Source: Macrostomum lignano
Taxonomy: Eukaryota
NCBI GenBank assembly: GCA_002269645.1
Contig: NIVC01004228.1
Location: 24,815-54,082 of the forward strand
Direction of reading: 5' to 3'
DNA: 29,268 nucleotides
Below, piece by piece: positions 1-13,300 of this stretch. A model generated the notes under the pieces. That model was given only the letters and a program-made list of their open reading frames with translations. It ran no database searches and was not told the DNA's origin. The number at the start of each line of letters is the position of its first letter. The first letter of the stretch is position 1. The position numbers and the translations under genes were made by a program.

Positions 1-314
1 TCGATTCCGACAATTGTCGATGGCCGAAACGCTGCTGTCGAATTGAAAGAGCGCGGCTTTTTCGACTCTCTTAAACGGCTGTTCGCTTTGTCGTCGGGCG
101 GATCGGCCAGCGTCAGTGCCGATCTCGGGTGCCGCAGAATGCGCTGGCCCTCTGCGAAAGACTTCTGCTGTTGTTGCAGCAGCAGGAGCGGCTGGCTGAC
201 GCTGAGCAGGCGGCTATTAAACAGCAGAGAGTCTGGCTCCTGCGGCTGTCGGCGAGATGTGCCTGGCTTCCACCGGAGCTGAGCTGCAGCGTTGCCGCTT
301 TGACTTTGCCGCAG
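1..314 (+). CDS. PRKDC: DNA-PKcs exon (5'-truncated; apparent 1-nt frameshift near 127-128)
   Basis: Frame 1 is protein-like up to DLG, then frame 3 reads VPQNALALCERLL...LTLPQ. Donor CAG|GTTTGA at 315 is phase 0 and joins ARRQAYQIL. Confidence 0.7.
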
Positions 315-1316
315 GTTTGACCTATTTTTGTAGTGTATTTAATCGCCTCAGTGTACACTAATGGCTTTTCTAGGCATACTATATAGTATGGACTATTCGC
401 AGTCTGCCTTCTTACACCTAGTTGCTATGCAATATGTGCATTCCTATCTTTGCATTAGATCCCTCTATCCCCAATGTACACTCTGTGCCCGTTAAAACAT
501 TCTCTCTCTATCCCCAATGTACACTCTGTGCCCGTTAAAACATTCTCTCTCTATCCCCAATGTACACTCTGTGCCCGTTAAAACATTCTCTCTCTATCCC
601 AATGTACACTCAATGCCCTTTGATCCCTCTAAACCCAACCCAAAACCGCAGGCCCGTCGCCAGGCCTACCAGATCCTGGCCACCTGGTACCCAACCCACC
701 CGAATCTGTGCGCCCCGGCTCTGCTGGCCGGCCTGACAGATTTGGCCGAATCAAATCGAGCTTGGCTACTGGAGTTCTGGTCTCGCAACTCCGGCTTACC
801 CTCCGAAGCGTCGGCTCGTTGGTTCGCCCTGTTGTCGCGTTGTCATGGCAACAATACCGCAGATGAGGATAGCAACCGAGACGAAGAATTCTCGGCGTCA
901 ACCGGAGCCGTCCTGCCGGCATTCTGCTCTGCTGTACAGCTGGACGCCTGCTCATCAACTCCGGATTTCCGCCGGCCGATGTTCGACCGGCCGCTGGCCG
1001 ACTGTCCGTTCAGGGAGTGCCGGATCGACGCCGACTGGCGACGGCGCCACGGCGGCCTCATGACGCCGCTTTTCTTAGAAACGCAACAACAGCAGCAGCA
1101 GCAGAAAGCGTCGGATGTCGAGTCTGGGACTCTGCGCCAGCTACAGGATGGAGACGGCGCTACGGCCGCCATTGCCATGGGAACCGACGCTTCAATGTTG
1201 CCACTGCGAGCTACCGCAGTTGGCCCGGGCATGTTCGAGGCTACTCAGCTGCATCCCAGTGCGGCTACGGCCAGCCTGCTTGCCGATAGCCAGGTCTGTC
1301 TGTTTGTGTGTCTGTC

Positions 1317-1371
<55 letters not shown>

Positions 1372-1418
1372 GCCTGCCTGTCTGTCTGCCTGTCTGCCTG
1401 TCTGTCTGTCTGCCTGCC

Positions 1419-1459
<41 letters not shown>

Positions 1460-1502
1460 GCCTGCCTGTCTGTCTGCCTGTCTGCCTGTCTGTCTGTCTG
1501 CC

Positions 1503-1545
<43 letters not shown>

Positions 1546-4500
1546 GTGTGTGTCCGAATCTCTGTCTTTCTGCCTGTCTGATCTATCAGCAGCTCTCACC
1601 TAACCCGCATCCAGGACCTGTCCGTCTCCACCTCGCTGCTATTTCGCTCCTCCGGAGGCGGCGGCGGTGGCGCCGGCCTGGAAGTGTCGGCCGCGGGCGG
1701 TCTGGCCGGCTACCACACCGCTCTGGGCTCGGACGCGAATCCCCAGATGGCTGGCCAAGCAGCGCAGCTTCACCGACTTCGTCGTCGAATGTTTCTGCAG
1801 CAACAGCAGCAGCAGCAGGCAGCTTCATCATCATCCGGAGCAGCTGCATCTTCCAGCTCTGACGGGCCCCCGGCTACTCAGGGCTCCTCCTCGAGCTACT
1901 CGGCATTCGCTCAGGCCGGCGTGGAGCGACACCGGCGTCAGGTTCGAGAAGCGGCCGAAGCGGCTGCGAAACGCGAGCACCGGGTGACTCTGAGACGTCG
2001 CTATCGAGTTGGCGACTTGCCCGACGTTCAGATTGAACAGGGCGCCCTGGTGACCACCTTGGCGGCTCTGGCGCAGAAAGATCGAATGTTTGGTCGGTTG
2101 CTGTGCGCTCAGGTGAGCCTTTGTTTGAAATTCATTGTAGGCTTGTTTTATGATTGACGGGTCACTGCATTCTCTTTTATTAATATGTTAGTCATATCAG
2201 CCTCTATGATCATTTAAAGTGTAGTCTTTATCCCCCATGATCTTTAAAAAAATGTTTTAACCCATCCTTCATAATCCTTTTAGAATGGATCATATCCTCC
2301 TCTATGATCATTTTAGAATGGTCATATCTTCCCCTATGTTCCTTTTAGAATGGTCATATCTTCCCTATGATCCTTTTAGAATGGGTCATACCATCCTCTA
2401 TGATCCTTTTAGAATGGGTCATATCATCCTCTATGATCCTTTTAGAATGGGTCATATGATCCCCAATGATCCTTTTAGAATGGGTCATATGATCCTCTAT
2501 GATCCTTTTAGAATGGGTCAAACCATCCTCTATGATCCTTTTAGAATGGGTCATATCATCCTCTATGATCCTTTTAGAATGGGTCATATCATCCTCTATG
2601 ATCCTTTTAGAATGGGTCATATCATCCTCTATGATCATTTTAGAATGGGTTATATCATCATTTATTGTCTTTTTAAAATGGGTCACATTATCCTTTATGA
2701 TCTTTTAGAATGAGTCATATCATCCCCTATGATCCATAATCGTCTCATATCATCTCTCACCCCTCCCTTGACAAAAATCAGCTCTCGCAGTCCATGGTGG
2801 ACTGGGCCGCCTCCGCTCTATCCGAAGACGACGTGGCCGACATGTGTCGCCGACTTGCCGCCGCTTGGCTGGGCGTCCTGATCCCGACGTCGCCTTTCGA
2901 CGGGAAGCGGCGGAACGGTTTGTCGGCGGTGACAGCGGCAGCAAACGATCCGGCTCTGATTGGCTGCGCGCTCGACTCGCTCTGCGCTGTGGCTTCGAGC
3001 GCCTGCGGCGACGGCGGAGTCGGCGTTGTTGATATCGGCGCCATTATCCGACCTAGCGACTACGGATTAGTGGCTGCGGCGTCGTCGGCCGCTCACCTGC
3101 CTACGCTTGGCGCTTTGGCGTTGGAACTTTTGTATGCCTGGCAGGGTCGGCCTGGCGTGCAGCAGCAGTCACGTGACGAGCCGGGTCGACACCGAGGCAG
3201 AGCCGCCAAGGCTACGACGGAGCAGCGACCGACTGCGGCTAAGCGCCGACGAATGGAGGCTGGAAGTCAGGTGACATTTTAGGTTTTTGTTGAAATGGAG
3301 AAATTCGTAAACCATGCACCTTAGCGACATAGTTTAGCAAAATTTTTATTGGTACAGTGTAGGAACACAAAGTGACCGACATGCTTTATCAGTAAACTTC
3401 AGCGACATGTTTTAGCGACACATCCCACCGACACATCTTAGCGACATTTCTTAGCGAAACATTTCACGGACCAATTTTAGCAGCATGTTTTAGCAATACA
3501 TTTTATCGACGCATCTTAGCTTAATGGTCAAGTGGCACATCTTAGTGACATGTTTCAGCGACATATCTCACCGAAACACCTTAGCAACATATCTCACCGA
3601 CACATCTTAGCGACATATCTCACCGAAACATCTTAGCGACATATCTCACCGACACATCTTAGCGACATATCTCACCGAAACATATTAGCAACATATCTCA
3701 CCGACACATCTTAGCGACATATCTCACCGACACATCTTAGCGACAAATCTCACCGACACATCTTAGCGACATATCTCACCGAAACATCTTAGCGACATAT
3801 CTCACCGAAACACCTTAGCAACATATCTCACCGACACATCTTAGCGACATATCTCACCGACACATCTTAGCGACATATCTCACCGAAACACCTTAGCGAC
3901 ATATCTCACCGAAACATCTTAGCGACATATCTCACCGACACATCTTAGCGACATATCTCACCGAAACATATTAGCAACATATCTCACCGACACATCTTAG
4001 CGACATATCTCACCGACACATCTTAGCGACAAATCTCACCGACACATCTTAGCGACATATCTCACCGACACATATTAGCAACATATCTCACCGACACATC
4101 TTAGCGACATATCTCACCGACACATCTTAGCGACATATCTCACCGAAACATATTAGCAACATATCTCACCGACACATCTTAGCGACATATCTCACCGACA
4201 CATCTTAGCGACAAATCTCACCGACACATCTTAGCGACATATCTCACCGACACATATTAGCAACATATCTCACCGACACATCTTAGCGACATATCTCACC
4301 GACACATCTTAGCGACATATCTCACCGAAACACCTTAGCAACATATTTCACCGACACATCTTAGCGACATATCTCACCGAAACATATTAGCAACATATCT
4401 CACCGACACATCTTAGCGACATATCTCACCGACACATCTTAGCGACATATCTCACCGAAACACCTTAGCGACATATCTCACCGACACATCTTAGCGACAT

Positions 4501-6696
4501 ATCTCACCGAAACACCTTAGCAACATATCTCACCGACACATCTTAGCGACATATCTCACCGAAACACCTTAGCAACATATCTCACCGACACATCTTAGCG
4601 ACATATCTCACCGACACATCTTAGCGACAAATCTCACCGACACATCTTAGCGACAAATCTCACCGACACATCTTAGCGACATATCTCACCGACACATCTT
4701 AGCGACGTGTTTTAGCGACACCTCACTGATACATCTTAGCGACATATCTCACCGACACATCTAAGCGACATGTTTTAGCGACACATCTCACCGACACATC
4801 TTAGCGACATGTTTTAGCGACATATCTCACCGACACATCTTAGCGACATATCTCACCGACACATCTTAGCGACATATCTCACCGACACATCTTAGCGACA
4901 TGTTTCGGCGGCACATCTCACCGACACATCTTAGCGACATGTTTTAGCGACACATCTCACCGACACATCTTAGCGACATGTTTTAGCGACACATCTCACC
5001 GACACATCTTAGCGACATGTTTTAGCGACATATCTCACTGACACATCTTAGCGACATATCTCACCGACACATCTTAGCGACATGTTTCACCGACACATCG
5101 CAGCAACAATATTCAGTGACACATCTTAGCAAGATGTTTTTGCGGCAAATCTATCACTAAACTAATTTAAAGTTTTCTTTTAAAAAAAATCGACCCTCCC
5201 AGTCCACTGACGATAACAGCGCCGATGTCGGAATCGATGCCGACGCCGACAAATACGACGAAGCCTACTGGCTCGCTCTGGCCCGGCTCTACCGTGACAT
5301 GGGCGAGCCCGACCAGCAGCTTGGCGCTCTGCGTCGATGTCGATCGCAGCATAACGGCCAGGAAGGCGTTGACAACAACGACGATGAAAAACGTCTGGAC
5401 GCTCTTGACTGGTGCCTCAGCGGCGATGTTCAACTAGCGTTAGAGACATTTGATCGACTGTTTCAACAGGCTGATGAAAGCGGCACAGAGTCTGCTTCTG
5501 CTGCTGCAGATTCTGCAACAGCCGTGAATCATGCTTGCCAGTTGGCTAGGCTGGACTGTCTGACTCGGCTAGCCGATTGGACTAGGCTGAGCGGCGTGTC
5601 AAAGAAGCTGCTGCTGACCCAGGCTGATGGAGAAGAAGGCGGTGGACTGGCTGACCGGTTGTGGAGCCGTGTTGGGGTGCAGAATGTTTGTAAGGTGAGT
5701 GTTGACCCACAACCCTAAACTGATCCTATATTTCCTACAACCCTAAATGGGTCATCAGTTGTTGGCCCAGGATACTAAACGGGTCATAAATTGTTGACCC
5801 AGAATCATGAATCCATCATCGATCGTTGACCCGGAATCCTAAATGAGTCATCAAATGTTGACACAAAATCAAATGGGTCGTTAATTGTTGACCCATAATC
5901 CTTTATGGGTCATCCATTGTTGACCCAGAATTCTAAATGGGTCATCGATTGTTGATCCGGAATCCTAAATGGGTCATAAATTGTCAACTGACGCAGGATA
6001 ATAAATGGGTCATCAATTGTTGAAACAGAATAATAAATGAGTCCTATATTGTTGACCCAGAATCCTCAATTAGTCATAAATTGTTGACCCAGAATCTTAA
6101 ATGAGTAATCGATTTTTGACCCAAAATTTTACGTAAATGGGTCATCGATTGTTGACCCAGAATGTTAAGTAAATGAGTCATTGGATGCGTCAATTATCAA
6201 GACTTTATTACATCATTTAAATGACACTGCAGTTTCGTCCATAGTCACCCCAATATCCCCTCGCACCCTCAGAATGCCCTGTCCTCCTACATGCTGAGCT
6301 CAACACGCCTTGTCTGCGACAAACCAGAATCTGCTATTGGTTCAGACTCAGAATCTGCCGAATTTATGGACTTTTTACGTTGTACAACAGACAATGATTC
6401 TGTTAGAACTCAATTTGAGGTGAGGTCTAGTGCCGATTAGTAGTAGTAGTAACAGAACGAGTAGTATTCAGTTGTATTAGTAGCAATTAGTATTATTATT
6501 ATTATTAGTAGTAGTAGTGGTAGTAGTAGTAGTAGTAGTAATAGTAGTAGAGGTAGTAGTATTAGTAGTAGTGTTAGTAGTAGTGTTAGTAGTAGTAGTA
6601 GTAGTAGTAGTAGAGTAGTAGTAGTGGTAGTAGTAGTAGTAGAGTGGTAGTAGTAGAGTGGTAGTAGTAGTAGTAGTAGTATTAGTAGTAGTAGTG

Positions 6697-6736
<40 letters not shown>

Positions 6737-6799
6737 AGTGGTAGTAGTAGTAGTAGTATATTAGTAGTGGTAGAGGTAGTAGTATTAGTAGTAGTAGTG

Positions 6800-6868
<69 letters not shown>

Positions 6869-6938
6869 TAGTAGTAGTAGTAGTAGTAGTGGTAGTAGTA
6901 GTAGTGGTAGTAGTACTAGTAGTAGTAGAGTAGTAGAG

Positions 6939-6969
<31 letters not shown>

Positions 6970-7086
6970 ATTAGTAGTGGTAGAGGTAGTAGTAGTAGTA
7001 GTAGTAGTAGATTGGTAGTAGTAGTAGTAGTAGAGTGGTAGTAGTAGTGTAGTAGTAGAGGTAGTAGTAGTAGCAGTAGTAGTAGC

Positions 7087-7117
<31 letters not shown>

Positions 7118-7329
7118 TAGTAGTAGTAGTAGAGTGGTAGTAGTAGTAGTAGTAGTAGTAGAGTGGTAGTAGTAGTAGTAGTAGTAGATTAGTAGTGGTA
7201 GAGGTAGTAGTAGTAGTAGTAGTGGTAGTAGTAGTACTAGTAGTAGTAGATTGGTAGTAGTAGTAGTAGTAGAGTGGTAGTAGTAGTGTAGTAGTAGAGG
7301 TAGTAGTAGTGCTAGTAGTAGTAGTAGTG

Positions 7330-7363
<34 letters not shown>

Positions 7364-10300
7364 TAGTAGTGGTAGTAGTAGTAGTAGTAGTAGTAGAGTG
7401 GTAGTAGTAGTAGTAGTAGTAGTAGTAGAGTGGTAGTAGTAGCAGTAGAGTAGTAGTAGTAGTAGTAGTGGTAGAAGTGGTAGTATATTTTCGAACTCAC
7501 CTTGTTTTGCAGAGCGAGCACGCCGAACTGCTTGCATCGGTGCTAATCAAAACAGGAAAATATCACAATGCAATGGCCTACGTGGACTCAGCTCTGGATC
7601 GAGTGCTCAATGTGAGCAGTAGTATATTATTGGACAAGAAATTTAGTACTTTAGTGTCCAATTGTACCTGGATAATAACTTGTAAATGTCTCCATATAGG
7701 GATCAATGATACTCGCTTTGATTCGTCAGTTGGTCATAGCACTCTCCATGATTATTTAATTGTTCATAACACTATGATGCTGCAATTGGTCATAACACTA
7801 TGATCCTTCAATTAGTCATAGCACTCTCCATTATCCTTCGATTGGTCATAGCATTCCTCATGATCCTTCAGTTGTTCATAGCACTCGCCATTATCCTTCG
7901 ATTGGTCATAGCACTCTCCATTATCCTTCAGTTGGTCATAGCAATCTCCATTATCCTTCAGTTGGTCACAGTACTCTTCATGATCATAACTTAGTTATAA
8001 ATTAAAAAGCATAGAGAGGGATTATAGCATAGAGCATAGAGAGTTGATAATAGCACTCTCTATGATCATTCAATGATCATAAAAGCCATCATCATAATAA
8101 TGACGCTCACTGCTCCGCAGAACGTGTCCTCGGTGCCGGCCCTTCAGCGCCAGTTTCACCTTTCCAACATGGCCAGCGTCCATCGCTTGACGGAGCTGCG
8201 CGAGAGCCTCACCCTGCTGACTGGCGACCGGCGCCGTCAAGATGTTGTCTCGTCAACTGCCGACCTGCTGGCGAAATGGCGACAGAGAAGACCCGATTTC
8301 ATTCGGGACGCCTGCGACAACTGGGAGCGGACGGTTGCTGTGCGGTTGCTATGCGCCAATAAGATGCTGCTCGTGGATGGTTTAGGTTTGATTTTGTTAA
8401 TATTTGTCGCACGCTTATTGACCTTTTTATCACCTAATTATTAGACTAATAAAGCGTCTAATACTAATGTCTAAGAAACCTAATTAGACTGCCTTTTATA
8501 TTACTAATAAATTAATAATATAATTGATTACACCTGCCCCAATTGGGCCAGATGTGCAACCGACAGCTCAGCCGCAGCTATTGCTGCGTACGGCTGTTCA
8601 GTCCAAGGACTGAGAGGGGGGGGGGGTCGCCACACACCCTCAATTACCCCAGCTAATGCTGGCGCCCATTTTACAGCTGGGTGAACTGAAGCAATGCTAA
8701 GTGTGAGTTAAGTGTCTTGCTTAATGACGCAAATTGTTCCAGTGGGATCGGGAATCGAACCCCCGACCTTCAAGATCAAGATATAAACTAAGATAAGCAA
8801 GATAAGCAACGATATCTAACGATTTGTACTGCATTGTATATTCATATTCAACCGCGTTAAAACACCACGAGACACTCGCAAATGTACTTTAACTGGTGGT
8901 CGCATTCGCAATCATTTATGCCGACTTTATTAGATTGATAAATGTTTACGCAGTCCTGATTGCCCTTATTATTGTTCGGCTGTTTCGGTTCCCACACGTC
9001 GGCTTGGATGCTCTCGTTGCATGCGTCCCAGATTCAGCCTGCTGTGCTGCCTCGTGAGCTCGACATCTGGTAGCCTCCAAGGTATAAGTCCGTTCCTGAT
9101 ACACTCCAGATGTCGCCAGAGGGTAGTCTGAAGGCTTGGCACTTGAGAGTCTTGGCGCACAGGTAACCACAGGACAGCAGGTCGCAGGACCCCGGCGCAA
9201 TCTTGGTGAACTCAGGACGAATGCAATCAGCGCCAGAGGTCGGTTTGAAGTCAAGCTCTATTAGAATCGCAGGATGCAACGTTGTCAACGGATAGAGTTA
9301 GCAATAGAAACAGCGCTGGCAGAATTGGGGCAGACTTATCAAATTTAGCAAAATCTTTGAGACATTAGCTAATGAGCGAAAAAAATGGGATTGAGTGACA
9401 AGTTATCACTGGAACGCTTGAAATAGCCTAATGGACTACCTAATCAACTGACTAATAGACTGCCTAATGAACCACCTAACAGACCGTCTAATCAACAGCC
9501 TAATAAACTACCTGATCAAGTGCCTAATAGACTGCCTAATCAGCCGCCTGATAGACTACCTAATGAACCAGCTAATAGATTACCTAATCAACCACTTAAT
9601 AGCCTACCTAATTAACCACTTAATAGCCTACCTAATAAGCCACCTAATAGCCTACCTAATCAACCACCTAATAGCCTACCTAATTAACCACTTAATAGCC
9701 TACCTAATTAACCACTTAATAGCCTACCTAATAAGCCACCTAATAGCCTACCTAATCAACCACCTAATAGCCTACCTAATTAACCACTTAATAGCCTACC
9801 TAATCAACCACCTAATAGCCTACCTAATTAACTGCCAGACTATCTAATAGGATACCAAAGAATTTAATTCTCTTTCCTAATCGCCCTCCTCATCCCACCT
9901 CAGACGACCTCGCTGCTGGCAGACGCCGTTTCAACGCATTTGCTGGCGATCAGCTGCTGCTTCTTGCTGAAGCGGCTCGCCTGCAGTCGCAGCCGGCCGT
10001 GGCGTTGATCCATCTGGGTCGGGCTAGAAAATATTGCACCCAAACATCGGCGACCTCCACCAGAGGCTCCTCCCCTACTTCCGTGGCTTGGCGGGCCGCC
10101 TGCGCCAAAGCTTGGACCACCGCCGCGTTGTCGTTGGACACAGACCGAAATTTGGACGCCATGTCCGTAGCCGAAAAGGTTGCCAAGGTTCGACGGCAGG
10201 TAAGCTTTGTTATCGACAATTTGATCGACATTTAGCGACAATTTAAGCGACATATTATACCAAAAATTTAAGCAACGCATTGACCAACAATAAAAGCGAC

Positions 10301-13300
10301 ACATTGACCGACACATTGACCGACACTATATGCGACACATTGACCGACGTATTTAAGCGACACATTGACCGACACTATAAGCGACACATTGACCGACGTA
10401 TTTAAGCGACACGTTGACCAACACATTGACCGACACTATAAGCGACACATTGACCGACAATATAAGCGACACATTGACCGACACTATAAGCGACACATTG
10501 ACCGACAATATAAGCGACACATTGACCGACACTATAAGCGACACATTGACCGACAATATAAGCGACACATTGACCGACAATATAAGCGACACATTGACCG
10601 ACACTATAAGCGACACATTGACCGACACTATAAGCGACACATTGACCGACGTATTTAAGCGACACATTGACCAACACATTGAACGACATAAACCGACCTG
10701 TACGACTCGTATTAAGCGACAAAATTACATAAAAAATCCTCAATTCCAGCTCATCTCGCCGTCGCCGACCTGGGAGGAGCTGCTGGCGGCGGGACTCTGC
10801 GACAGAGCGTCGGCCGCGCTGCTGAGGATTCAATTGGCGTCATCACCGCCATCGACTGGGCAGGCAAACATGAGAGCGGAAGCTGAGGCGTTCGATAAAT
10901 CGGCTTTGAGTAATTTGCAATCGGCTGCTTCTAAAGCTGATAGCGGAGGCTTTGCGGATGTCGGCAGCTCGAGTCTGCAGTGCCACTTGGAGCTGGTGAG
11001 GCCTCGGGATTTTTTTCGGGTTTCTTTATTTGTTTTTATTTCTCCGTTACAAGTTTTCCGCTGTCAAAAAAAGATTTTAAAAATATTTATTGTCAATCTA
11101 TGCAGGTATTTCCTGTTACAACATGAATGGATTTTGTTTTATTTGTTTTTCTACTCTTTATCCTCTCTGAGTTTCGTAGAAAATCTAGAATAGATATTAC
11201 GAATTTTATTAGTTAGATTAGAGTTAGTGGTAGAGTTTGGGTTAAGGTAGGATTTAGGATAAGTTAAGGTAGGGTTTAGGATTTGGGTTAGGGTAGGGTT
11301 TGGGGTTAGGATTAGGGTAGGGTTTTGGGTTTGGGTTAGGGTGGGGCTTAGGGTTTGGGTAGGGTAGGGTTTAGGGTTTGGGTTAGGGTAGGGTTTGGGG
11401 TTCGGATTAGGGTAGGGTTTTGGGTTTGGGTTAGGGTGGGGCTTAGGGTTTGGGTGGGTGGGGCTTAGGGTTTGGGTTAGGGTGGGGCTTAGGGTTTGGG
11501 TTAGGGTTAAGGTAAGGTTTAGGGTTTGGGTGGGTGGGGCTTAGGGTTTGGGTTAGGGTTAAGGTATGGTTTAGGGTTTGGGTTAGGGTGGGGCTTAGGG
11601 TTAGTGTAGGGTTTGGGCAGTCAACTGTGGGCCCTTTCTGCCTCTGCTATCCTCGAACTCCTCTGTTTTGAAAGTTTTATATAGTTGTTTTTCTCCACTC
11701 GCAGATCCGTTTCTGCGACTCCTGTCTACTAGAAGCAGCGCCCAACCAGCAGCCGCAGCAGTTCCGAGCCGCTCTCCGCGCCCAAGCCGTGGACTCGGTG
11801 ACCTCGGCAATGCGCTGCGGCAGTCAAGAGGCCTCAATCAGATTCCCCAGGCTGCTCTGCCTTCTAGGCGAGTCAGCTGATGATGAGGCATCCCAGAATC
11901 CCGCTGACGAGTCTTTGTCCTCGCGGTTCAGCCGTCAGATGGCATCGGTGCCGGTGTGGCTGTCCTTGCCCTGGCTGCCGCAGCTGGTGTCGCTGCTGGA
12001 CAAGCCGGACCAGGGCGGCTCGGCAGTGCTGCCTCTGCTCGAGTCCGTGTGCGATATCTATCCAGCCGCTCTGGTCTATCCGTTCCGATTGGCCAGGGCC
12101 AATTATCGATTCGAGACCGGCGACTCGGGCGCTCGGCAGGCGGCTGAACGGCTGTGGCAACGGCTGAGACGACTGCCGCTGGTTGAGGAGTTCATCGCCC
12201 AGATGGGAGAGGTCAGTGACTAGAAAATTCTGGCATTGTTGTCTCCAGAGTGAAAAGAATATTTGGTCATTTTTGTCTCTAGAGTGACTAGAAAACTCTG
12301 TTATTGTCTCCAGGGTGACTAGAAATAAGTCGATCAGTATTATCCCCAAGAGAGAAAGTGACAACATCAATTAAAACTCGCCGCTCCTTCCGCCTGCGGC
12401 AGGTGTGCCTGCCCGCCTGCACAGCCCTGGACTGGCTGTCCAACGCCAAGCGCTCCATCGGTCAGACTGAGCGCCTTCGCGAACTGCACGCCGAGGCCAT
12501 CGACCAGCTGTTCTTCGATCCCGACGGCCCGCAAGCCGGCGGTCACGGCCGGCTACGTCGGGAGTTTGCCGCCCGACATCGGCGCGAATTTCTGGCCGCC
12601 CTGCCGACCGCTGACCGGCTGGCCGGCATCCGGTCGGAGACGGAGCTGCAGCGCGCGGTTGGCAAGCTGTGGAAGCGGGTTCGAGACGAGCGCGACTCGT
12701 CCAGCGTTGCCACTGCCCGGCTGGCCGACTTCAGCACCTGGCTGGCCGAGTTTGCCGCGGCCGAGCACGGCGACGCTTATCTGGAGGTCCCTGGACAGTA
12801 TCAGGTGAGTGAGTGAGTGAGTGAGTGAGTGAGTGAGTGAGTGAGTGAGTGAGTGAGTGAGTGAGTGAGTGAATGAATGAGTGAGTGAGTGAGTGAGTGA
12901 GTGAGTGAGTGAGTGAGTGAGTGAGTGAGTGAGTGAGTGAGTGAGTGAGTGAGTGAGTGAGTGAGTGAGTGAGTGAGTGAGTGAGTGAGTGAGTGAGTGA
13001 GTGAGTGAGTGAATGAGTGAGTGAATGAGTGAGTGAGTGAGTGAGTGAGTGAGTGAGTGAGTGAGTGAGTGAGTGAGTGAATGAGTGAGTGAGTGAGTGA
13101 GTGAGTGAGTGAGTGAGTGAGTAAAAAATTGAGTGAGTGAGTGAGTGAGTGAGTAATTAGGCAAGTGAGTGAGTTGGTGAATCGCAGGGTAAGCAGGCCA
13201 GTCTTCACCCTATCACTCCTGCCGCCCTCTCCCGTCAGTGCCGGGACAACCTGACGGCCTCCCTGGCGAAGCCGCAGCCGGAGCTGCACACTCGCATTGC

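Noticed and set aside
1115-1862. ORFs with SVCL, CLSV or RQTD repeats
   Set aside because: Translations of the (TGTC)n microsatellite inside intron 2.
2285-2713. MGHIILYDPFR-repeat ORF and its reverse frame
   Set aside because: A stop-free 33 bp minisatellite inside a frame-verified intron.
3400-5130. Regular repeat array that could be mistaken for CRISPR
   Set aside because: Head-to-tail units with no unique spacers, eukaryotic intron context, no cas genes.
6971-7537. Poly-L/Y/T ORFs on the minus strand
   Set aside because: Translation of (CTA)n.
8730-8790. tRNA-like T-arm/B-box
   Set aside because: No A-box, D-arm or acceptor stem; it continues into SINE body sequence, so it is not a tRNA gene.
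10414-10749. TDTISDTL-repeat N-terminus of the 259 aa ORF
   Set aside because: 24 bp minisatellite; only 10750-10995 is exon.
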